This document shows positions 45,501-57,500 of a DNA stretch of 64,000 bases, one piece after another (position 1 is the stretch's first letter; the number at the start of each line of letters is the position of its first letter). The position numbers and the translations under genes are program-made. Where the stretch lies: contig NIVC01000989.1 in assembly GCA_002269645.1 (NCBI GenBank), positions 248,001 to 312,000 of the forward strand, read 5' to 3'. The notes under the pieces were generated by a model. It saw only the letters and a list, made by a program, of their open reading frames with translations. It made no database searches and was not told the origin of the DNA. The stretch is from Macrostomum lignano (taxonomy: Eukaryota).

Positions 45501-48500
45501 ACTTAATTCGATTTCAGGATCTACTCTTTCAATATCAGTCTGGAAATCTACTCACCTATAAGGTCGAATTTGAAATCCTAAATGCTTATTTTAGTATTTA
45601 ACTTATAACTTCACTGCCCACAGTTCATGACGTTAACTGGAGAGAACTCAAAAATGAACAATGAGTTGTTATTCTTGGCCTCGCGCGTCATTTACGCCTT
45701 GTCGATGAACAATTTCAATACGGTGTTCAACAGAATCCTCAGCAGTTTAAATATCACCAGCTCGGACCAAGAGGACGCTGATTATCAAATTTCTGAGCTG
45801 GAGCTGATCCAGTACCTGAGCATGGACCTGCACAGGCTGTCCAGACTGATAGCGGAAATCTATCAGAGATTCAAAGGATTAAAGAAGAACGCCTATCTCG
45901 CATTGGCTAACTTTCTCGAGCGCGCAATCTGGAATTGGTTGGAAAATTTTCCTCAAGAATTCGAAGATTTGCAGACTCGACCGAATGAAGAATTAGCAGG
46001 TTAGTGACTTGTCTCTGTGGCGCCAGATTAAGCGTCTCTATGGCGCCAGCTTTTAAAGTGTCCATATGACGCCAGATTAAGTGTCTCTATGGCGCCAAAT
46101 TAAGTGTCTCTTTAGCGCCAGATTAAGTGTCTCTATGGCGCCAGCTTTTAAAGTGTCTATATGACGCCAGATTAAGTGTCTCTATGGCGCTAGATTATGT
46201 GCCTTTATGGCGCCAGATTAAGTATCTCTATGACGCCAGATTAAGTGTCTCTATGGCGCTAGATTATGTGCCTTTATGGCGCCAGATTAAGTGTCTCTAT
46301 GGCGCCAGATTAAGTGTCTCTATGGCGTCAGATTAAGTGTCTCTATGGCGCCAGATTAAGCGTCTCTATGGCGTCAGATTAAGTGTCTCTATGGCGCCAG
46401 ATTAAGTGTCTCTATGGCGCCAGATTAAGTGTCTCTATGGCGCCAGATTAAGCGTCTCTTTGACGCCAGATTAAGTGTCTCTATGGCGCCAGATTAAGTG
46501 TCTCTATGGCGCCAGATTAAGTGTCTCTTTTACACCAGATTAAGTGTCTCTATGGCGCTAGATTATGTGCCTTTATGGCGCCAGATTAAGTGTCTCTATG
46601 ACGCCAGATTAAGTGTCTCTATGGCGCTAGATTATGTGCCTTTATGGCGCCAGATTAAGTGTCTCTATGGCGCCAGATTAAGTGTCTCTATGGCGTCAGA
46701 TTAAGTGTCTCTATGGCGCCAGATTAAGCGTCTCTATGGCGTCAGATTAAGTGTCTCTATGGCGCCAGATTAAGTGTCTCTATGGCGCCAGATTAAGTGT
46801 CTCTATGGCGCCAGATTAAGCGTCTCTTTGACGCCAGATTAAGTGTCTCTATGGCGCCAGAATAAGGTGTCTCTATGGCGCCAGATTATTAAAATTCCCT
46901 TTGCTATCGCTGCTCAGTGTTGAGATTTTCAGGAAACGAATGTATGAGCAACTGACGGGTGTAAAAATGGCTTCCTAATCCCGCTTGTAATCCTACTGCC
47001 TACTGCAGGTCGAGCTGCTCCCCTTGGCTCTTGGATTAGGAAATGCAATTTCTGAGCTTCAGAGAAGGATTAAAAAAGAGCTCTCTAGCTTGGATGTGTG
47101 AATTCCCTTCTTATCTGTCTGTGAGTGTTTGTGGCAGTATGGGAGAGCGGATCCCTTCCCTGTCTATCCCTATTTCCTTATATGGTATGTGTGTTATCGT
47201 AGCTGATGCATGTAGCTCTTCGCAAGCCTAAGTAACTATATATAACGTATATCTATGCATACATGAAAGCATAGTCAAGTCTGGTTCTATCAGAAATATA
47301 ATAAGTACTTCTCATTTTCTACGATAATATTTACTTTAAAATGTAGGACATATTCCACCCTATCAGGGGCGTAGCCAGGAATTTTGATTGGGGGGGGCCG
47401 TGAGTTAGGGGGCGCCAGCTTCTTATAGGGGGGGCGCCAGCTTTTTATAGGGGGGCGCCAGCTTCTTATAGGGGTAGCGCCAGTTTCTTTTAGGGAGGGC
47501 GCCAGTTTCTTTTAGGGGGGGCGCCAGTTTCTTTTAGGGGGGGGGCGCCAGTTTCTTTTAGGGGGCGCAGTTTTAAGGAGGGAATGGCGCCAGTTTTTTT
47601 AGGGGGCGCCAGTTTTTTTTAGGGGGCGCCAGTTTTAGGAGGGGGGCGCCAGTTTCTTTTAGGGGGGGGGCGCCAGTTTCTTATAGGAGGAGGGCGCCAG
47701 TTTCTTTTAGTGGGGGGGGGGGCGCCAGTTTTTTTTTAGTGGGGGGGGCGCCAGTTTCTTTTAGTGGGGGGCGCCAGTTTCTTTTAGTGGGGGGCGCCAG
47801 TTTCTTTTAGTGGGGGGGCGCCAGTTTCTCTTAGTGGGGGGCGCCAGTTTCTTTTAGGAGGTGGGCGCCAGTTTCTTTTAGTGGGAGGCGCCAGTTTCTT
47901 ATAGGGGCGCCAGTTTCTTTTGGGGGGGGGGCCAAGGCCAGAGTTGGTGATTGGGGGGGGGGCCACGGCCCCCTTGCCCCCCCTCTGGCTACGCCCCTGC
48001 ACCCTATTCCAGGGGTCAGAAAATTCAAGGCCCACGAAGACTCCCTGTTTAGTACTCGAGTCCTTTAAGACTTCACAAAAGCAATCCGGCCCGGTCAAGG
48101 TTTGCGTCTCTTCTCTCCTCTCTCTTCTCCCTGTTCTCCCTTCTCTCCTCTCTCCTCTATACTCTCCCCTCTTCTCTTCTCTCCTCTCTCCTCTCCTCTC
48201 TCTTCTCCTCTCATCTCTCATCTCCTGTTTTCTCTTCTCTTCTCACTCGTCTCTCTTCCTTCTCATTTGCTTTCCTCATCTGGCTCTCAGCCAACGAGTC
48301 GGAGTTCTTTATTTTGCCCTTGTGGTAAAAGAGTTGGCCAACATCCAATCCTATTCTTCATTGCTATTGGTAACATTGTATTGCTTTAATTTAAATCAGT
48401 TCTCCAAGTTTTCTCTAAGTTAGTACGCTCGTGTGCACATGTACAGTTTTTTATAATTATTATTTCTATTATTAGCGTTTAGGAATTAAGGTTTTGGGTA

Positions 48501-51500
48501 GGGTTTTACGATTATAGTTTAAGAATTAAGGTTTAGGGTAGGGTTTTAGGATTATAGTTTAAGAATTAAGGTTTAGGGTAGGGTTTTAGAGTTATCATTT
48601 TCATTTTTAGTATATAGGAGTTAAGAATTAAGGTTTAGGGTAGGGTTTTAGGATTATAGTTTAAGAATTCAGGGTTTAGGGTAGGGTTTTACGATTATAG
48701 TTTAAGAATTAAGGTTTAGGGTAGGGTTTTAGAGTTATGGTTTAAGAATTAAGGTTTTAGGGTAGGGTTTTAGGATTAGAGTTTAGGAATTAAGGTTTTA
48801 GGGTAGGGTTTTAGGATTAGAGTTTAGGAATTAAGGTTTAGGGTAGGGTTAGGTTTGACAATCAATAGTTAATTGTCTCCCAATCCCCGCTTCCATCCCC
48901 AGACCGATGCGAAAAACTGTTTGACCTGCTCACTCCGCTCTGCAGCGACAGCAATCGTCGCAAAGCTCAGACCTGGCCACTCCAGGTCATGCTGCTAATC
49001 CTATGCCCGAAAATTCTCGAAGAGATCAACAATGCAGAGAATGGCGCCCCATTCTCGTCTAGTACAGCCAAAAAGAAGACCTTCTTTGACGATATTAAAC
49101 GAGCTTTAGCCACACAGTCGCACAGTTCGACAAAGCCGGTACTACTAGAGGCGGCGATCTTGGCTACAGTGAACATGTGCAAGTCGTCATGCTACATCAA
49201 CATTAACGACAGGAACAATGCGCTGTTTAGCATTGTTCAACGAGTGATCACGGACTTGAAAACCATCCTATTTCTACAGTCTAAGCCTGTTATTCGAACT
49301 ACTCACATCGAATCCGAGCATCTTTTGACGGAATTTTTCGTCACCTGTTTTCGTATTACGCCGCATAATAATGAAATATTGAAAGTCTGCCTAAATCTGC
49401 AGAGTCCGCCAACCTTTCATTCGGTATTGGTTTCGTCTCTGTATAAGATTATCACTCAGGTAGGATATTTGTGTTTTTACTCCTTTAATCACATTGTCGG
49501 TTAGTAAACTGATTAACCTGTCCCAACAAACTGCAGCCTCGACTGCCCTGGTGGCCAAAGATTAGCAATTTGTATTCGAAATCGACCGAAATTCGAAACA
49601 TGTTCCTCGAGACGCTGAATCGACCGCCTCGTTTGGGTCAGGTGAGTTAACGATCACGACAGAGGAAGAGGGTAATTGTACACGTGCGGCTCATTACGTT
49701 TTAATTCAAATTATAGAAAGTAATGGGGATGATATGCAATTCGCCATCGACCTCTAATCTTGACCTTGTCCTTGTTTCATGACACAGGGGGAGGGGACGA
49801 GATGCAATGTACATCGCCGTTGTTTTCTAACCACTCTCGTCTTTTATGGAGGAGAGGGGACGAAAGGCAATGTACATTGTCAGGGTCCTCTAAACACCCG
49901 TGTTTTATAGCACTGGGGGAGGGGGCGAAAAGCAATGTACATTGCCGGGGGTCCTCTAAACCACTCTCGTGTTTTATAGCACTGGGGGAGGGGGCGAAAA
50001 GCAATGTACATTGCCGGGGTCCTCTAAACCACTCTCGTGTTTTATAGCACTGGGAGAGGGGACGAAAGGCAATGTACATTGCTATTGTTCTCTAACCACT
50101 CTTGTGTTTTATAGCACTGGGAGAGGGGACGAAAGGCAATGTACATTGCTATTGTTCTCTAACCACTCTTGTGTTATATTGCACTGGGAGAGGGGACGAA
50201 AGGCAATGTACATTGCTATTGTTCTCTAACCACTCTTGTGTGATATTGCACTGGGAGAGGGGACGAAAAGCAATGTACATTGTTCTCCACCCCTTGCCCT
50301 AAAGTGTATTGGAATATATTATTTTCATCTTCTCTATCGCTAAAATCCATCTTCAATCTTATACAGTCCCAATATGTAGAGCTATAGTAGCGTATTCGAG
50401 CATAGGGTAGCTGCGCTTATCGTATGAGAGAGCAACGAAACGCCCACGCACATGCCCACGCCCACGCTTGCACACACAAGCACTGTTGCCTCTCTGCCTT
50501 GAAATCTTCATCTGTCTCCCGCTCATCCTTTCTTGCTCGTATAGTGAATATATCCTTTCTAGCTATCTATAATATTCTATATAGTCCTACTGTACTTTTA
50601 CTACCCCAGCTGTCTTCTTCAAAGGCATCGATCAGATTGTTAGTCTGCTTTATTTAATAAAAAATTGTTCATTTTTCCTTAGTTTCTGCTAGAAATATTA
50701 ATCGTTTCTTGTTTTTTATTGAAATACTTGTGTAATTTTTAAGAATAAATATTTAATAAAAAGTTAACCAAAAATAACGAAAAAATCCACATCCTCAAAA
50801 TCTCAAATCTTCAAGAATTTGACATTCTCAGAATTCCAAATCCTCAGGATTCTAAATCCTCATATTTCCAAAACCTCATAATACCAAATCCTCAGGATTC
50901 CAAATCCTCATAATTCCAAATCCTCATAATTTCAAATCCTCTGGATTCCAAATCCTCGGGATTCCAAATCCTCATAATTTCAAATCCTCTGGATTCCAAA
51001 TCCTCAGAATTCCAAATCCTCAGAATTCCAAATCCTCATGTTTCCAAATCCTCAGAATTCCAAATCCCCAGGATTCTAAATCCTCATATTTCCAAATCCT
51101 CATAATTTCAAATCCTCAGAATTCTAAATCCTGATATTTCCAAATCCTCAGGATTCTAAATCCTCATATTTCCAAATCCTCAGGATTCTAAATCCTCATA
51201 TTTCCAAATCCTCAGAATTCCAAATCCTCAGGATTCTAAATCCTCATATTTCCAAATCCTCATAATTTCAAATCCTCAGAATTCTAAATCCTCATATTTC
51301 CAAATCCTCAGGATTCTAAATCCTCATATTTCCAAATCCTCAGAATTCCAAATCCTCAGGATTCTAAATCCTCATATTTCCAAATCCTCATAATTACAAA
51401 TCCTCAGAATTCCAAATCCTCAGAATTCCAGATCCTCGGATCCACATTCTCTAAAAAATCTCAAACTCTTAGAATTCCAAATCCTCATAACTCCAAATCC

Positions 51501-54500
51501 TCAGAATTCCACATTCTGAAGAATGCAACAGTCTCTAGAAATAAAGAAATCTTAGAAATAGCAAATCTTCAAGATTGTTTGAAACCTTATTTAATTTCGG
51601 GTCCTCAAATTCCTGGGGAATTCCGACAGCAGGCCAGCTATCAATCAATCATGGATGCTGAAGCCCGCATGCCAGGCCGAGTCACGCAAATCTATAAGAT
51701 AAGATTTCGAATACCATCTTTGACTAAACAAATTTGATTGATAATTAGAATCCAGTCTATATAACCGTTGGTATTAAAATTATGGTGTCATGGTCAATTA
51801 TGATTTATCTTCATCGGCATGTAACTAATTAATGTAGCTTTCTTTGACCAACTCAGGATTCTGAGACTCCCTCTACATGCCTAACAGTGTAGAGAAATAT
51901 TATAAAATATGGAGTGACATTAGAGCAGTGGGGCGTTTGGGCTGCGAGACACTTGGGTAGAGATAAATTTGGACAGAGTGACATTTGGACAGAGTGAAAT
52001 TTGGACAGAGGGACATTTGGACAGAGTGGCATATGGACAGAGTGACATTTGGACAGAGTGACATTTGGACAGAGTGACATTTGGACAGAGTGACATTTGG
52101 ACAGAGTGACATTTGGACAGAGTGACATTTGGACAGAGTGACATTTGGACAGAGTGACATTTGGACAGAGTGACATTTGGACAGAGTGACATTTGGACAG
52201 AGTGACATTTGGACAGAGTGACATTTGGACAGAGTGACATTTGGACAGAGTGACATTTGGACAGAGTGACATTTGGACAGAGTGACATTTGGACAGAGTG
52301 ACATTTGGACAGAGTGACATTTGGACAGAGTGACATTTGGACAGAGTGACATTTGGACAGAGTGACATTTGGACAGAGTGACATTTGGACAGAGTGACAT
52401 TTGGACAGAGTGACATTTGGACAGAGTGACATTTGGACAGAGTGACATTTGGACAGAGTGACATTTGGACAGAGTGACATTTGGACAGAGTGACATTTGG
52501 ACAGAGTGACATTTGGACAGAGTGACATTTGGACAGAGTGACATTTGGACAGAGTGACATTTGGACAGAGTGACATTTGGACAGAGTGAAATTTTGACAG
52601 AGTGACATTTTGACAGAGTGACATTTGTACAGAGTGACATTTGGACAGAGTGACATATGGACAGTGACATTTGGACAGAGTGAAATTTTATTCGCGTCAC
52701 ATTTGGAAAGGAAATTTGGAGAACATGAATCTTGGAAATAAAAAAAATTAGAGAATTTCACTTTAGGGAGAATGTGACATTTTGAATTTCGAAATTTATA
52801 CTAGGCATGTTTTTTAGGAACGTTACTCATTGTTATCTAGTCCGGATATTAAAATAATAGAAATCAATGACTCACAGTCGTGACTGACTTTCGTTGATAC
52901 ATTTTCCGGCTGTAGGATTCTGCTCAAACTCTACTCAGAAACATCCCAGAGCAGCTAATTACGAGATTGAGTTGAAAGAAAAACCTACTTCTTTAAAAGC
53001 TTGAAGCAGTGAAATGGGAGAGAAAAAGTAACAAAGAGTGGAGATAAGCTAGGTAGGACGGATTAACAATTTGATCTCATAGATTCAGTTAACACAAAGA
53101 TAAGAAAGCTAGGTTTGCAGAAAATCTGTGTAGTTGCTGACTTGCTGAAGCACGCACGCGATACACTGACTGTTGTACAGACTCTGAACAGAATCCAGAT
53201 GGAGGAATTGACTGTACTTAACGCTTGCCTCAACTCTTGCAAAGGAAGGATTTAGAGAGCTAGAAAAAGAGACAGATGGCCTCGTATTCGCCTGTCACCT
53301 TTTCTTGCTTGGCGAATTAGTAAATTAAATAAGAACAGGATTAGGGCGGTCTAAAACCGGTTTGAACAAAAATTAAAAGGATTAAGGACAGAAAGCCCGT
53401 GAATTATAGATTGAAAGCGAATTTTGCGTAAAAGTGCCTTTCCTGACCCGCAATTGTGCTTCAGCGAAGCATTTCCATTAGAAATTTTTTATCTACCAAA
53501 AGCATATAATCTGTCTTTAATCTTTTTTCTGTTTGTCTTCCTTTCCCAGCCTCGAAGCGTGATCCCCCGAATCAGGGAGAAGGCGGATGGGGATCTGACG
53601 GCGAAGCACAGTTTGCTGTTAAACATGGTTCGACTAATCAACGCTGATCCCATCCTAATGCTGCACGTGAGTTTCTCTCTGTGTAATAGTTTTCTCTTAT
53701 ATCGTCAGCGGAGCGTTATCTTTCATTTGAGAATGTTCCTAAATTATATCTGTAAGTTTCAATTTTGACGAAAAAATGAAGATACTTTATTTATCCAGTT
53801 GGTTGTGGATTTTGGAATGCATACTGAATCGGCTACTCCAGCCAATGAGCGTCAAGTTGGGTGAGAGGGAATGTACATTGAATTGGCTGACTACTCTAGC
53901 CAATGAGCGTCAAGTAGGGTGAGAGGGAATGTACACTGAATAGGCTGATTACTCCAGCCAATGAGCAAGCAGCGCTCGAAGCAATCCTTGATTGTTTTCA
54001 ATTATCAGAATCCGCCGTGCCGGTCTGGTCGCGAAGTTCAACTAAGCACGCTGGAACTAATGAACGGGCTTGTAGACATTCTCCAATTCTCAAGCCTAGT
54101 CTGCCCAGATCTGATGCACGAATCCATGCAGGCTCTGCTGACTCTGCATCAGCCGCATATCATTGAATTGTGGAATCCGGTTGAGCCAATGATCTGCTTT
54201 TGGGATATCAGCAGTCACGTGTTGTACACCGTCAGCCAGAAGTTGATCCAACGTCAAATAGCCAATTATGGCGACCTGTTGCGCTGGCTCAAGGATATTC
54301 TCATCTGTCGGAACGCTTTCTTGGAGAAGCACAAAGAGCTAGCTAATGTTGGCTCTAATGAGAACTTGTGCAGACAGGCTCTGATCAAACTAGAAATGGT
54401 CTTCTTCATGTACCTGTGGTCATTGGACATTGAAGCTGTGCTAACCGCTATGAGCTGCTTTGGTGAGTCATCAATGATGAAGTTTTTATTTCTTTTGTCA

Positions 54501-57500
54501 TTATCTAGTGTGATTTGTACAGTCTATTATCTTAAATAGCTACGTTGAAGTTTTTAATCGAGGTTTTTTGTTTAAATTGTACTCGTAATATTCTTGTAGG
54601 ATTTCTGAGTTGTTGTAGTCAGTTGCTTATTTCGAAAATTTTTCTTCACTAAACAGGCCTACTCTGCCAGGAGGCCGAGCTGCGCTCTCTCTACGACGAT
54701 ATCATGCCGCTGACGCTGATGCCGAACTACGACATCTACTTAGAGATCGCCCAGTCCAGCCAGACTATATTAACAACTGGCCGGGCGCACCTGCAGAAGC
54801 AGATCATGATGCTGCTGAGGAAGGTGCTTTATCCGACGCCTGGTAAGGAGAAGCTGTTTGAGAATGATCCCAATTATCATTAAATGTGCATCATTTCTGC
54901 TTTAGCACCCAGGGGCTTTAGCACCCAGGGGCTTTAGCACCCAGGGGCTTTAGCACCCAGGGGCTTTAGCACCCAGGGGCTTTAGCACCCAGGGGCTTTA
55001 GCACCCAGGGGCTTTAGCACCCAGGGGCTTTAGCACCCAGGGGCTTTAGCACCCAGGGGCTTTAGCACCCAGGGGCTTTAGCACCCAGGGGCTTTAGCAC
55101 CCAGGGGCTTTAGCACCCAGGGGCTTTAGCACCCAGGGGCTTTAGCACCCAGGGGCTTTAGCACCCAGGGGCTTTAGCACCCAGGGGCTTTAGCACCCAG
55201 GGGCTTTAGCACCCAGGGGCTTTAGCACCCAGGGGCTTTAGCACCCAGGGGCTTTAGCACCCAGGGGCTTTAGCACCCAGGGGCTTTAGCACCCAGGGGC
55301 TTTAGCACCCAGGGGCTTTAGCACCCAGGGGCTTTAGCACCCAGGGGCTTTAGCACCCAGGGGCTTTAGCACCCAGGGGCTTTAGCACCCAGGGGCTTTA
55401 GCACCCAGGGGCTTTAGCACCCAGGGGCTTTAGCACCCAGGGGCTTTAGCACCCAGGGGCTTTAGCACCCAGGGGCTTTAGCACCCAGGGGCTTTAGCAC
55501 CCAGGGGCTTTAGCACCCAGGGGCTTTAGCACCCAGGGGCTTTAGCACCCAGGGGCTTTAGCACCCAGGGGCATTAGCACCCAGGGGCTTTAACACCCAG
55601 GGGCTTTAGCACCCAGGGGCGACAAAGAGCAGGGGCCTAGGAGCAAATGAATCACTAGTGTCTCTAGCGACTTTGGGGGCGACTCTTGTGACTTTTTAAC
55701 GACTCAACTGACTGTAATGCAACGGAGAGGCGACTGTTGAGTCATGGGCGCATCACGTGAGTTGTAAACTCTCTACTAACTTAAATAGACTAAATAGAGT
55801 TGTTAAAATTGTGAAATGCAATTATTTTGTAATTCATACAGTGACGCAAATGCGCTTTAGCCGCAACTCATTAATTCTACTGCGACCCAACTATCGCGCC
55901 TCAGATACGACTCTACGGCCTTAGAGTTATTATAGAAACTCTCCAGAGTCGTTTCTTAGTCGCAGATAATAAAGCGCCTTAAATCCAATCTGAAAACCTT
56001 TTGGCGACTTTTACCGGGACATCTCGTCGCTTTGGAGTCGTCTAGAGGCACTTCTTTCTTTATATTACATGTTTTACCTGCAACGACTTTGTGGTGACGC
56101 AATTGGGGACTCTGGGACGCTTCTTGACCTGGGTACAATTTCTGTACAATTAGCTATTGTCCGTATATTTGCTTCATCTGTACCCCAAATCCGGCATTAA
56201 TATCCCAGGCAACATCCAAGCCTGGGAGGAGACCTTCATGAATTGGAAGTCGACCACCAACTACCTGGTCGGTTATCCCAAGGTAAAGTCGGACGAATCA
56301 TCCGACGCGTCATCCACGTCGGCGTATCACAAATCGATGCTGAAACGACGTCACAGTCATCAGAACACGGATCACGAGCTGGAGGACATACTGAACGAAT
56401 GGGTGAATCAGACCGGCTTCCTGGCAGCTCTGGGCAGTGTAACTCTGCATTTTAACTATGCACCGATCAGGTATCCCCAACTGCCTGGAGGCGGGGGCGG
56501 TGGTGGCGGCGGGGCGGTGGCGGCAGTAGCAGCGGAGGAGGCGTCGGTGGAGGTAGCGGCGTCAGCGGGCTGAGTGTCACCGGCGGTAGCACAGCTGGCT
56601 TGTCGCCCGCAGCCAGTGTTGTAACAATATCGACCACTTTGGACGGCAGTAGCACCGGAATTCATGCAGGCGGCGTTGGCAGCGGCGGCGCCGGAGGCGC
56701 CATCGGAGGCGGAGGCTACAACACTGCCGCACTGGCCGCTGCTGGGCTCAATCCGAAGCTCTATCCCATGGGAGACAATCAGTACTGCCCAGTTACTCAG
56801 TAAGTGTCTCACGGCCGTTTGCTATAATATGCATCATTTGTGTTTGTTTAAATGATCTGGTGTTTTACAAGCTAGACTATCTAGTTCCATTGTAATTTTA
56901 AAGCATTACCTGTGATTAAGGGGCTTTAATTATCTCAGATACTAAACTTTGTAGGATTATCTCAGTTGCTAAATTTGTAGGATTATCTCAATTGCTAAAT
57001 TTGGTAGGATTATCTGAGCCAAAGGATTATCTTGCCAATGTAAAACACATGTACACACTATTGCTGTTTGTAAATGGTGACGCACAGTACACTATATTGG
57101 AAGTGATTTGTGTCCGTACCTGCTTTCACACCTAACAAAGATTATTGTTCTGTTGTAAACCACCCTTAAAATTCTTAATTAGCTTTATTTAAATCTTGAA
57201 AAGCACTGTTACACCTTGCTTTCTGTCTAGCAAGTTTCTTTTATTAAGAAGCATTACATTTATTTCAAACCGTTGCACTATACACTACTGCTTTGTATCC
57301 GGAAACAGTAGTAAAACTATAATTTAATTGGGAAAAAGAAATTGATAAGAAAAATAGGAAATTTAGCGAACACTGCGCGCAACTATAATAATATCTGTCT
57401 TGCGTGCCAGATGCTTCTCCAGTCAAGAGTCTCTGTTTCACTACGGAGGCGGCAGCGGCGGTGGCACTGGCAGTCCGTGGCAGTCGTCAAGTCGTTCATT

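Noticed and set aside
48470-48853. Interstitial telomere
   Set aside because: No uninterrupted (TTAGGG)n; the motif is embedded in a 41-bp unit.
51600-51740. Possible extra NF1 exon between exons 7 and 8 (QASYQSIMDAEARMPG..)
   Set aside because: No convincing donor and no NF1 similarity; exons 7 and 8 already join in frame.
51853-52761. 300-aa minus-strand Cys/His-rich ORFs resembling zinc fingers
   Set aside because: Translation of a 16-bp array, open in all three frames.
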